Assembly: GCA_963696985.1 (NCBI GenBank)
Contig: CAVOMG010000003.1
Span: 257,747-321,746 of the forward strand
Direction: 5' to 3'
Source: an uncultured Thermoplasmata archaeon
Lineage (GTDB): Archaea; Thermoplasmatota; Thermoplasmata; Lutacidiplasmatales; UBA184
Length of the DNA: 64,000 bases
The notes beneath the pieces are model-generated. The model had not been told where the DNA came from and made no database searches. It was given only the letters and a program-made list of their open reading frames with translations. The translations under genes were made by a program, and so were the position numbers. Below, piece after piece: positions 47,557 through 55,679 of the stretch. The first letter of the stretch is position 1; each line of letters begins with the position of its first letter.

Positions 47557-47576
47557 GGGACGGGGCAACCCGTCCC
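47557..47576. terminator. perfect 8-bp GC-rich hairpin (GGGACGGG-GCAA-CCCGTCCC) between convergent rpl41e and the sucCD-linked small gene
   Basis: Exact inverted repeat with a GCAA tetraloop, 16 nt after the rpl41e stop and 22 nt after the minus-strand stop. A terminator or RNA-stability role is inferred only. Confidence 0.45.
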
Positions 47577-47597
47577 TCGGGCGCCCGCCGAGTGCGC

Positions 47598-47825
47598 TCA
47601 GCGACCGAGTCGGTCGAGCTTCCTCGATTCCTTGGTGCGCTTCTTCCACTCCTTGTAGTGAGGTCGGCACAACGGCGCATGCCGACCGGCGTCGGGGAGG
47701 TCGGGGAAGGCGCGACGGGCCTCCGCCAGCGCGAGGTGACGGAGTGGAGCTTCCTCGCAACCCGCGATGGCGCAGCGCTCCACGGGCGCTTCCGGCCGCG
47801 GAACCCGGGGACCCGTCGGGGTCAT
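47598..47825 (-). CDS. small Cys/His-containing basic protein, translationally coupled to sucD
   Basis: 'CAIAGCEE...(27 aa)...LCRPHYKEWKKRTKESRKLDRLGR'. ATG 47825 overlaps the sucD stop (ATGA). High GC3. Confidence 0.55.
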   Translation of the reverse strand: MTPTGPRVPRPEAPVERCAIAGCEEAPLRHLALAEARRAFPDLPDAGRHAPLCRPHYKEWKKRTKESRKLDRLGR

Positions 47826-48706
47826 CGCCGGTCGGCCTTCTCCAGACGGGCCGCCACGAGGCCGGGGATCTCGTACGGGAACCGGGCGACCTCGGCGCCG
47901 GCACTCCGAAGGGCCGCGACCTTGCTGGCGGCGGTCCCTTGGCCACGCGCGATGATGGCGCCGGCGTGCCCCATGCGCTTCCCCGACGGTGCGGAGCGGC
48001 CGGCCACGTAGGCGACCACCGGCTTCGACACCTGGGTGCGGATCGCGGCCGCGGCCTCCTCTTCGGCGGTCCCTCCAATCTCGCCCACGAGGACGATGAG
48101 GTCGGTCTCGGGATCCCGCTCGAAGAGGGGGAGGGCGTCAACGAAGCTCGTCCCGATGACGGGATCGCCGCCGAGGCCGATGCAGGTGCTCTGGCCGAGC
48201 CCGTGGTCCTTGATCCCGCTCACGATCTCGTACGTAAGCGTCCCGGACCGGGAGATCACCCCGACCCGTCCCGGTCGGAAGACCACGTTCGGAATGATCC
48301 CGACCTTCGACTTACCGGGGGCCGCGATCCCCGGACAGTTCGGACCGATGATGCGGGCGCCATGCTCCTGACCGTAGAGGTACATCGAGAGCATGTCGTG
48401 GAAGGGGATGTGCTCGGTGACGATCACCGAGAGCCGGATGCCGGCATCGACCGCCTCGATGTAGGCGTCGCGGGCGAACGGTGCCGGCACGAAGAGGCAA
48501 GAGGCGTTCGCGCCCGTCGCCTTCACGGCCTCCCGGACCGAGTCGAAGACGGGAACCCCCTCGACGGAAGTGCCGCCCTTCCCGGGGGTTGTCCCGGCGA
48601 CGACCTGGCTCCCGAAGAGCTTCATCTGCTTGGTGTGGACGGTTCCCTGGTGGCCCGTGATCCCCTGGACGACGATCTTCGTTGCCTGGTCGACGAGCAC
48701 GGTCAT
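47822..48706 (-). CDS. sucD: succinyl-CoA synthetase alpha subunit
   Basis: 'IVVQGITGHQG', 'GPNCPGI', 'GVISRSGTLTYE', 'CIGLGGDP', phospho-His loop 'RMGHAGAII'. ATG 48706 overlaps the sucC stop (ATGA). Confidence 0.93.
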   Translation of the reverse strand: MTVLVDQATKIVVQGITGHQGTVHTKQMKLFGSQVVAGTTPGKGGTSVEGVPVFDSVREAVKATGANASCLFVPAPFARDAYIEAVDAGIRLSVIVTEHIPFHDMLSMYLYGQEHGARIIGPNCPGIAAPGKSKVGIIPNVVFRPGRVGVISRSGTLTYEIVSGIKDHGLGQSTCIGLGGDPVIGTSFVDALPLFERDPETDLIVLVGEIGGTAEEEAAAAIRTQVSKPVVAYVAGRSAPSGKRMGHAGAIIARGQGTAASKVAALRSAGAEVARFPYEIPGLVAARLEKADRR

Positions 48707-49839
48707 GGGGACCTCCCCGACGCGGCCTGGACGGCCGCCTGCGCGGACTCTTTGAGGTCGGAGAGCGAGGTGATCCCCGCGGTTCGTAGGATCGCGACCC
48801 CTTCGACCTCGTTGTTCCCCCGGATCCGGGCGACCAGTGGGAACCTCTCGGAAGTGGGGACCTGCTTCATCGCCTCGACGAGCCCGGTAGCGACGGTATC
48901 GCATCGGGTGACGCCACCAAAGATGTTGAGGAATACGGCAGCCGGCCGGGCCTTAGACATCAGAAGGAACGCCTCGGTCACCTTCGTCGGGTCATCCGTG
49001 CCCCCGAGATCGAGGAAGATGCCCGGTCGCCCGCCGAACTCGGCGAGCACGTCGAGCGTCGCCATCGTAAGGCCGGCCCCGTTCGCGATGACCCCGATGT
49101 TCCCGTCCAACTGCACGAAGGCGATCCCCTTCTCCCGGGCGATCTCCTCGAGCGGGGTACGGTCGTCCGGGATCTCCGCATATTCCGGATGACGGAACCC
49201 CGCGTCATCTTCGATGATCACCTTGGCATCGAGGGCCACTACGCCCGAACCGACGAGGCCGAGGGGATTGATCTCCACGAGCTCGGCATCCTCGGTCTGG
49301 AAGACCTCCCAGAGATGATCGATCAGGCTTCCGAGGGAGGCGGCGGCGGGGCCGCTCAAGCCGAGGGTGCGGGCGACCTCACGCTTCTCGTAGCCGACGG
49401 GCCCGACGAACGGATGGATCGGGATCCGGAGGATCGCCTCCTCCCCGACGGACTCGATCTCAACGCCCCCGCTCGCGCTGGCCATCAAGAGTGGGCGGCG
49501 GGCGCCGCGATCGAGGGTGATCGAGAGGTAGAACTCGCGTTGGAGGGCGACCTTCTCCTCGAGCAGGACCTCACGAACCTTCTCGCCTTGGAACTCGAGC
49601 GCCAAGATCGCGCGGGCCGCCTCACCCGCTTCCTCGGGGGTGTTGGCGAACCGGACCGCGCCACCCTTCCCCCGGCCTCCGGCGAGTACCTGGGCCTTCA
49701 CCACGCAAGGGAGGGGGACCCGGCCGGCCCGGGTGGCCGCCTCGGCCTCCGAGGGACTGCGCACGACCTCCCCCTTGGGCGTCGGTATGTTGTGGCGCCG
49801 GAAGATCTCCTTGCCCCTCCACTCCGCGAGCTTGACCAT
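48703..49839 (-). CDS. sucC: succinyl-CoA synthetase beta subunit (ATP-grasp)
   Basis: 'EWRGKEIFRRHNIPTPKGEV', 'VVKAQVLAGGRGKGGAV', 'INPL', 'GNIGVIANGAGLTMATLD', 'FLNIFGGVTRCD'. Confidence 0.93.
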   Translation of the reverse strand: MVKLAEWRGKEIFRRHNIPTPKGEVVRSPSEAEAATRAGRVPLPCVVKAQVLAGGRGKGGAVRFANTPEEAGEAARAILALEFQGEKVREVLLEEKVALQREFYLSITLDRGARRPLLMASASGGVEIESVGEEAILRIPIHPFVGPVGYEKREVARTLGLSGPAAASLGSLIDHLWEVFQTEDAELVEINPLGLVGSGVVALDAKVIIEDDAGFRHPEYAEIPDDRTPLEEIAREKGIAFVQLDGNIGVIANGAGLTMATLDVLAEFGGRPGIFLDLGGTDDPTKVTEAFLLMSKARPAAVFLNIFGGVTRCDTVATGLVEAMKQVPTSERFPLVARIRGNNEVEGVAILRTAGITSLSDLKESAQAAVQAASGRSP

Positions 49840-49877
49840 CGATGGAAACCCCTCGGCCGCCGCCGAGACGGGTCGCC

Positions 49878-49883
49878 TATAAA
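49878..49883 (-). promoter_or_regulatory. TATA box (TTTATA on the minus strand) about 40 nt upstream of the sucC ATG, immediately after the coaBC stop
   Basis: Plus-strand 'cctataaagg'. An SD-like GAGGGG lies between it and ATG 49839. Confidence 0.45.
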
Positions 49884-49902
49884 GGGGGGTGGGCGGGGTC
49901 GT

Positions 49903-51219
49903 TCAACGCGCGCTCCGGGGCCGTTGTTTCGATCGGACCCGACGATGCCGGGGGCGCTCCGCGGTCATCGTCGAACGCCTTCCAGAGACCCGAGCGCCGA
50001 GGGATCGGCCAATCTCATCGAGCAGAGTCGCCGCGGCGTCGGACTTCAAGCCGGAGACCCAATGCCGGGCGCCGTTCGGCCGAACCAGTAGGAAGGAGGC
50101 GCGGGGTTGCCCGAGCGTGGCGCGATCGTTCGCGACCACGAAATCCAGGTGGGACTCGTCGAGCAGGACCCCGGCCGCCTCGGCGAGTCCTGCCTCATCG
50201 AGTCCGACCTCGAGCTTGAACCCGACGAGCTGGCAGGGGGGCGGGGCCAGCCGGCGGAGACGCTCCAAGACCTTCGGGCTCGGCTTGAGCTCGAGGTGGA
50301 GGCCCGGCGTCCCGCGGGAGGGGATCTTCCCCGCGCGCGCCGGCAGCGTGAAATCCGAGAGCGCCGCGGGAACGAAGACCGCGTCGGCCCTTCCGAGCAA
50401 GGCCGACTCGCGCTGGGCGAGTCGGAGGAGGTCGGCGACGCTCCCCCAACGCTCGATCCGTACGAAGGGTGGGACCGCGACACGAAGTCCTCCGGCCCAC
50501 AGCCGGACCTCGGCCCCGCGGAAGTACGCCTGGGTCGCGAGCGCGACGGCGGTCTCCCCGCTGCTCTCGTTGGTGATCGAACGGACCTCGTCAATCGGCT
50601 CGCGGCTGGCGCCGCCGATCACGATCACCGTCCGACGGGCCCACGCGCCTTCCGCAAGCCGATGGAGGATGGCCGCCGCGACCTCCTCCGGCGAGGCGAG
50701 CTTCTCCTCGCCCTCGGCCGAGACCGGCTCGATGATCCCCACTCCCCAGGACCGCAGGCGGGCGAGATTCTCTCGGACCGCGGGGTTCTGACCGAGGTGC
50801 GAGTGCATCGCCGGCGCGAGCAGCACGGGGACGCCGCCCCCGAGCGCGATCGACGCGAACGAGGTCACCGGGGTGTCATCGATCCCCTGGGCGATCTTGG
50901 AGATCGTGTTGGCCGTCGCCGGGGCGATCAGGAGGAGGTCCGCCCGTCGAGGTCCGGGTCCGAGCTCGGTCACATGCTCGACGCCGCCGGTGAGCGCCCG
51001 GATCGGAGGATGGCCCGACGCAAACGTCAGCGACTCCGCCGTGATGATCCGAAGAGCGTCTTCGCTCGCCACGACCTCGACTTCGGCGCCATGCCGGAGC
51101 AGCTCCCGGATCACCCGGGGGACCTCGACGGCCGCGATAGATCCTGAGACCCCGACGATGATGCGCCGGCCCTGGAGGAGTTGGGATTTCGAACCCCGGA
51201 TGGCATCGCTCGGGTGCAT
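49903..51219 (-). CDS. coaBC: bifunctional phosphopantothenoylcysteine decarboxylase / phosphopantothenate-cysteine ligase
   Basis: Flavoprotein half 'IIVGVSGSIAAVEVPRVIRELL', 'LIAPATANTISKIAQGIDD'. CoaB half 'EPIDEVRSITNESSGETA', 'FVPAALSDF', 'LVGFKLE'. The last ~35 Arg-rich residues may be an artefactual extension. Confidence 0.88.
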   Translation of the reverse strand: MHPSDAIRGSKSQLLQGRRIIVGVSGSIAAVEVPRVIRELLRHGAEVEVVASEDALRIITAESLTFASGHPPIRALTGGVEHVTELGPGPRRADLLLIAPATANTISKIAQGIDDTPVTSFASIALGGGVPVLLAPAMHSHLGQNPAVRENLARLRSWGVGIIEPVSAEGEEKLASPEEVAAAILHRLAEGAWARRTVIVIGGASREPIDEVRSITNESSGETAVALATQAYFRGAEVRLWAGGLRVAVPPFVRIERWGSVADLLRLAQRESALLGRADAVFVPAALSDFTLPARAGKIPSRGTPGLHLELKPSPKVLERLRRLAPPPCQLVGFKLEVGLDEAGLAEAAGVLLDESHLDFVVANDRATLGQPRASFLLVRPNGARHWVSGLKSDAAATLLDEIGRSLGARVSGRRSTMTAERPRHRRVRSKQRPRSAR

Positions 51220-51387
51220 CGGACCTCGTCGAACCGGGCGATCGAGCGCGCCTACTTGAGCGGGACTTGCGGGTTCGCCGGACGTCTATCTAAAGTGGGA
51301 GGGGGCGTCGCCCCGTCCGTGCCAAGAAAGAAGGCCCGCCGGCCGGACCCGGTGACCCAGTCGCCGAGCCCCCCGGAAGAGCCGGCG

Positions 51388-52191
51388 ATGCTCCCGATGA
51401 CGACCGCTCCGGGCGGGGGGCTCTCGACGAGCCAGTTCGCCGAGATCGCCCACACCGTGATCAAGGAGGAGCCGACGGTGGCCCCTCGTTCGATCGCTCG
51501 GGGGCTGATCCTCTTTGACCTCGACGGAACCATCCTCGATGATATCGGGCTGATCGCGGACGTGGCGGCCGATGTCCTCCACCGGGCGTTCGGCACGCCG
51601 ACGCCGGAGGGACGGCTCCATTACCTCGCGACCACGGGGATGCCGTTCGAGGCCCAGCTCGCCCAACTCTTTCCCGACACGGACCCCCAGCTCCGAGACC
51701 AAACGGCCCGTATCTTCCATCAACGGAAGGTCACCGAAGCCTACGCGGTCGCCGGGGTATTTTCTGAGATGCCCAAGCTCTTGAAGCGGCTCTCCGTTGC
51801 CGGTTGGACCATGGCGGTCTCGACGGGGGCCGAACGGGAGATGGCCGACCTGATGCTCGAGCGGGAGGGGCTGCGGTACTGGTTCGAGGATGTCCTCGGG
51901 TCCGGCCAAGGAACGAAGCGGGAACACCTCATCGAGTACCAACGTCGGTACCCTACGGCCCCGATCTACCTCGTCGGGGATTCGAGGTTCGACATGGAGG
52001 CCGCGACCGAGGTGCGCGGGGTGGCGGCGATCGGACGGGCCTCGAGCCTCCTCGGTTGGACGCTGACGCCCGACGATCTCAAGCGGTGGGGCGCCATCTG
52101 GGCGGATTACTCGCTCGCGGGCCTACCCGAATACCTCGAAGAACGGTCCGCAGTGCGACCCGATCGACGGGCCAAGGCGAAGCACCGGTAG
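51388..52191 (+). CDS. HAD-superfamily hydrolase
   Basis: Motif I 'LILFDLDGTILDD', 'AVSTGAE', motif IV 'YLVGDSRFDMEAA'. ATG 51388 chosen; the ORF track starts at 51181, inside coaBC antisense. Confidence 0.75.
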   Translation: MLPMTTAPGGGLSTSQFAEIAHTVIKEEPTVAPRSIARGLILFDLDGTILDDIGLIADVAADVLHRAFGTPTPEGRLHYLATTGMPFEAQLAQLFPDTDPQLRDQTARIFHQRKVTEAYAVAGVFSEMPKLLKRLSVAGWTMAVSTGAEREMADLMLEREGLRYWFEDVLGSGQGTKREHLIEYQRRYPTAPIYLVGDSRFDMEAATEVRGVAAIGRASSLLGWTLTPDDLKRWGAIWADYSLAGLPEYLEERSAVRPDRRAKAKHR

Positions 52192-52298
52192 GGCCGGGAC
52201 CGAGAGTCTCGGGCGCCGGGGGTGGGCCCCGTCGCCTTTTGAACCCGGGTCGAGGGATCCACAGTCCCCCAGGATAGGCCAAACTACCCCATCCCGGC
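52192..52298 (-). tRNA. tRNA-His (GUG) with a 32-nt intron in the T-loop (between positions 59 and 60)
   Basis: Minus-strand parse: GCCGGGA | U8 G9 | GGGU | A14..G18G19..A21 | UCCU | G | GGGGA-CU[GUG]GA-UCCCU | CGAC | CCGGG-UUCAAA^(AGGCGACGGGGCCCACCCCCGGCGCCCGAGAC)^U-CUCGG | UCCCGGC | C73.
- Acceptor stem: 7/7 Watson-Crick pairs.
- A genome-encoded G-1 lies opposite C73, the tRNA-His hallmark.
- G53-C61 is present, and the spliced T-loop is UUCAAAU.
- The intron forms a GGCG(A)CGGGG/CCCCGGCGCC hairpin.
- An A/T-rich 'AAAAACCTTTTCA' lies about 35-45 nt upstream. Confidence 0.8.
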
Positions 52299-52395
52299 CG
52301 CAAGGGAAGGACGGGGGTCGGCCATGAAAAGGTTTTTGGCTGCGCACCCGACCGGGCTCCGCTTGGGCCGGGTGCGATCTGGCCCGGGGCTCGAG

Positions 52396-52641
52396 TTACC
52401 GCCCCGGCGGTCCGGGCGACGACGGTGACGCCGCCGGTTCGGCGAGCTCGAGGAGCGCCAGCCGTTGCTGCCGGGCCTTGCGTCCCGTCATCCAAAGGAG
52501 GACGCCGAGCCCGACGGAGATGCCGCCCGAAAGAAGTAGTTCGGGATACGATGCGCCGGTCGTTGCGAAAGCGTAGAGGAGGACGAATCCGAGCGCGACG
52601 CAGATCACCCCGCCGATCCCGAACACGCGCTCGATGAGCAT
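52396..52641 (-). CDS. 81-aa two-TM membrane protein
   Basis: 'MLIERVFGIGGVICVALGFVLLYAFATTGASYPELLLSGGISVGLGVLLWMTGRKARQQ...'. This is the 3' part of ORF 52396..53199, whose upstream portion is Arg/Ser junk. Confidence 0.55.
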   Translation of the reverse strand: MLIERVFGIGGVICVALGFVLLYAFATTGASYPELLLSGGISVGLGVLLWMTGRKARQQRLALLELAEPAASPSSPGPPGR

Positions 52642-52930
52642 GGTCGCGCTCGCCGGGACGGGCCCCTCCGCCCCCCGTGAGGAGACCGGCAGGGCGATGA
52701 TGAGCCTTCCCACTCGATTCGCTCGAGGAACCCTCGGTCGGCCCGGTGGCGACTGTCCTGAGGTCGGCAGGCCGGCTCCTTGCCCGTCGGTCCGACCCAG
52801 CGCTCGCGGCTTCCAGCGGCGGGTTGTCTGTGGTCGCGGTCTGCCAGAGGTTTCAGTTCTGGTACTGGAGCGAATGACTTCGAGTTCTGCTCGGCGCCTA
52901 GCATTTCTATGACCCGCCTCTTCGTGGTTC

Positions 52931-53782
52931 GTGGCGGTTCGGAAGCGCCGAACCCCGCCGCGATCCCGACGGGGACGTCCGGTCGCGCTCGTCACAGGCG
53001 GGGGCACGGGACTGGGTCTGGCGATCGCCCGCCGAATGGCTCTGGAAGGTTTCGACCTCGTTCTGGCCAGTCGAGACCCCGCCCACCTCGAGCGCGGCCG
53101 AAAGGCCCTCGCGACTCGCCGGTGTCGGGTCGTCACTCTCCCTACCGACGTCCGGGATCCGGCGGCGGTCGACCGGTTGTTCGACGAGGTCGACCGCACC
53201 TACGGCCGTCTCGACCTCCTCGTCAACAACGCCGCTGGGAACTTCGTGAGCCCGGTGGAGCGGATCTCGCCGAACGGGTGGCGTGCGGTCGTGGATATCG
53301 TCCTCGACGGGACGTTCTTCGTCTCGCGGGCCGCGTTCCCGAGGCTGCGCCTTGCCCCCGCGCCCGCGATCGTGAACGTGGTCGCGGCCTACGCTTGGCT
53401 TGCCGGTCCGGGGACCGCCCATTCCGCGGCCGCGAAGGCCGGGGTCGTCGCGTTGACGCGCACGATGGCGGTCGAGTGGGCCCGCCACGGGATCCGGGTC
53501 AATGCCGTCGCCCCGGGACCGGTCCACACGGAGGGAACCGATCGGCGACTCTGGGTCAGCCGGGAGATCATCCGCCGAGTCGAGCGATCGGTCCCCCTCG
53601 GGCGGTTCGGGACCCCGGAGGAGATCGCCGAGGCGGTCGCGTTCCTCGCCGGCCCGCGGGCGAGCTTCATCACGGGCCAGGTCCTCGCGGTCGACGGGGG
53701 CCAGTGGCTCGGGGCCGGCCTCATGGACCTGTCGGGCGCGGAGCGGCCGGGGCCGACTCGGCTCGCGCGCCCGTCGAGGTGA
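52931..53782 (+). CDS. short-chain dehydrogenase/reductase (2,4-dienoyl-CoA-reductase-like SDR)
   Basis: 'ALVTGGGTGLGLAIA', 'LVNNAAGN', 'HSAAAKAGVVALTRTMAVEWA..GIRVNAVAPGPV', 'FITGQVLAVDGG'. TATA-like TTTCTAT at 52904-52910. Confidence 0.82.
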   Translation: MAVRKRRTPPRSRRGRPVALVTGGGTGLGLAIARRMALEGFDLVLASRDPAHLERGRKALATRRCRVVTLPTDVRDPAAVDRLFDEVDRTYGRLDLLVNNAAGNFVSPVERISPNGWRAVVDIVLDGTFFVSRAAFPRLRLAPAPAIVNVVAAYAWLAGPGTAHSAAAKAGVVALTRTMAVEWARHGIRVNAVAPGPVHTEGTDRRLWVSREIIRRVERSVPLGRFGTPEEIAEAVAFLAGPRASFITGQVLAVDGGQWLGAGLMDLSGAERPGPTRLARPSR

Positions 53783-53787
53783 ACTGA

Positions 53788-54341
53788 ATGACCGAGGAGA
53801 CCGACCCCCACGAGGCTCGGCGACCCGGGCTCGCCGGTCCCCCGCCGGCCGCCGAGATCATGCCGATCATCAATGCCCCCACTCGGCGCTCGACCTCAGC
53901 GCGCGGGAGCGGATCGTCCAGTCGAACCGGGAGCTCTCCTTCGGCTTCCTCCTCGGCTACCTTTCCCTCGCGCTCCACGCGACCCTGGACTACACGCAAT
54001 TCATCGGGTTCTACGTGGGTCCGTGGCGCGAAGATCCGCTCGCGTCCGAAGCGGAAGGGGCGCGCGCGTGGCGTCGACAGGTCGCCCGTAAGTCGGCCTA
54101 CAGTATGGAGAAGATCGTGGGCGAACTGATCGCCGTGATCAGCGACGGGCTCGAGGAACCGTCGGGAACGTTCGCGGCGCTCGGGGTCCCCTGGCCGGAC
54201 CCGGAGCCGAGCCGACGCCTTCCGATCCGACCCCGCCGACCTCGGGTCGACCTCGTCATCGATCCGGCACCGGGCTTCGTCTACGACCTCCATTCGTTCG
54301 CCCGCGAGGTCGGCGAGCGGTTCCGTCGGAACCTCGACTGA
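53788..54341 (+). CDS. hypothetical protein; frame broken once
   Basis: 'MTEETDPHEARRPGLAGPPPAAEIMPIINAP' (ORF 53788) joins at the C5 run 53876-53880 to 'HSALDLSARERIVQSNRELSFGFLLGYLSLALHATLDYTQFIGFYVGPW...FAREVGERFRRNLD*' (ORF 53502..54341). Both parts have high GC3. Confidence 0.55.
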
Positions 54342-54649
54342 GGCGGGCCCGGACGGGGCCGGAAACCGGAGTCCGGGCGGGGCTGAGCAGCCCCTCTTCC
54401 ATGACCTCGACGGATTCGACGCCGTCGACCTTGGCGAGGGCCTCTTCGGTCGCCGGCAGGAGCCCGCCGACGTCGGACATGACGACGCTCACGAGGAGCG
54501 CCTTGAGACCGTAGGCGATGTCGCGGACCTGCATCCCTCGGACGGTGATCCCTTGCGGGACGCTCGACCGGACGCCCTCGGCCATCTTGCGCATGTCGGT
54601 CTCGATGCTCTTCGGCATCGAGCCGGAAGAGGACCGCCACCTCGCCCAT
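54256..54649 (-). CDS. ef1b: translation elongation factor aEF-1 beta; frame broken once, 3' end doubtful
   Basis: 'MGEVAVLFRL' (ORF 54281..54649), then 'MPKSIETDMRKMAEGVRSSVPQGITVRGMQVRDIAYGLKALLVSVVMSDVGGLLPATEEALAKVDGVESVEVMEEGLL' (ORF 54256..54732). Junction at about 54616-54622. Homologues as I recall them are about 90 aa. Here no stop follows, and the ORF runs 45 more codons into the convergent gene. Confidence 0.8.
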
Positions 54650-54667
54650 CGAGCTCTCCTGCGGCCC

Positions 54668-54853
54668 TTACGGCCCTTCGAACGCGCAGTTCGGGCAGTG
54701 GTAGACGACCGACTGGTCCCGGCACTGCGCACAGCGTCCGAGCATCGCGAGACCGCAGCTCGGGCAGAGGAAGTGGGTCGCGCCCCGGCCCGCGATCGCC
54801 CGGCCGCACGAGGTGCAGCGCAGGTCCGTTACGGAGACCGAGGTGGGGGCCAT
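54668..54853 (-). CDS. zinc-ribbon protein of the COG2888 type (archaeal partner of aEF-1 beta)
   Basis: 'CTSCGRAI...FLCPSCG...RCAQCRDQSVVYHCPNCAFEGP': four CxxC pairs. It lies directly upstream of ef1b on the same strand. Confidence 0.8.
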   Translation of the reverse strand: MAPTSVSVTDLRCTSCGRAIAGRGATHFLCPSCGLAMLGRCAQCRDQSVVYHCPNCAFEGP

Positions 54854-54857
54854 GGCA

Positions 54858-55675
54858 TCACTTCTTGGCGCGTCCGCGCCGGCGCGCGGCCACCCGGGTC
54901 GACCATATAAAGAGCGCCCCCACGAACGCCACGGAACCCGCGGCGTACCAGATGGTGTAGTCCGGCGGCGGTCCGTTCACGTAGAACGTCTCGCTGTACT
55001 GCTGCGCCCCGCCCGGGAACGTCACGAGGCCGTGCTCGGTGGCGAGCGTGATCGCGAAGGTGTGGTACCCGGCGAGAGGCCGAGGTCGACGTAGGCGAAA
55101 TTGATCGGGTACGTCGAGCCCGCGGTCATCACCGGGACGGAGATCGACCCGACCGGCGTGCCGTCGAGGGTGACCGTGAGCTTGAGCGGCCCGACGGTGA
55201 CCCCGCTCGCCGCGACGAGCGTGGCGTTGAGCCGGTACGGCTCGACGATCTGGACGGCGTAGCTCAGGTTGTTCGACTGGTTGTTCTTCTGGTAGCTCGA
55301 GGTGATGAGGACGGTGATCGTCAGCGTCTCGGCGGCCGCCGGGGCAATCAGGTCGAGCACGACCGACCCGTTCAAGAGCACCCCGGTCGACGGGTTGATC
55401 GAGGCGCCCGTGGCGTTGATGCCTGTGACCGAGGCGTTGTAGGCGTACGTCCCGATCGTCGTCCCGTTCGACGCTTCGGCCGGGCCCCCGGTCGCGGTAA
55501 CGGTGTAGTTCGCATGGAGGGACTCTCCGACGTCGGCGGGGCCGTTGATGGCCCCGGTGACCGCCGGGGCGGCCCCCTGCGCCAACGGGGCGAACCCCGC
55601 GAGGAGCGTCCCGGACAGGCCCGAGGCGAGGAGAAGGACGATGGCGATCGCGGTCGGGAGGGAGGTTCGCGCCAT
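54858..55675 (-). CDS. secreted, C-terminally anchored glycoprotein candidate; frame broken once
   Basis: Signal 'MARTSLPTAIAIVLLLASGLSGTLLAGFAPLAQG'. Sequons 'NYTV','NGTT','NASV','NATG','NGSV','NQSN','NLSY','NATL'. After about 55077 another frame reads 'LAGYHTFAITLATEHGLVTFPGGAQQYSETFYVNGPPPDYTIWYAAGSVAFVGALFIWSTRVAARRRGRAKK*' (TM plus basic tail), with stop at 54858-54860. Confidence 0.7.
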
Positions 55676-55679
55676 CGGA

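Noticed and set aside
51181-51200. tRNA T-arm-like sequence (GGGGTTCGAAATCCC on the minus strand)
   Set aside because: It lies inside the conserved N-terminus of coaBC (codes 'GSKSQLL'). No acceptor, D or anticodon arms surround it.
52696-52763. Possible C/D-box sRNA (ATGATGA ... CTGA with terminal CCGGC/GCCGG)
   Set aside because: The box spacing is too long and there are no internal D'/C' boxes. It is kept only as part of the low-interest note on the non-coding gap.
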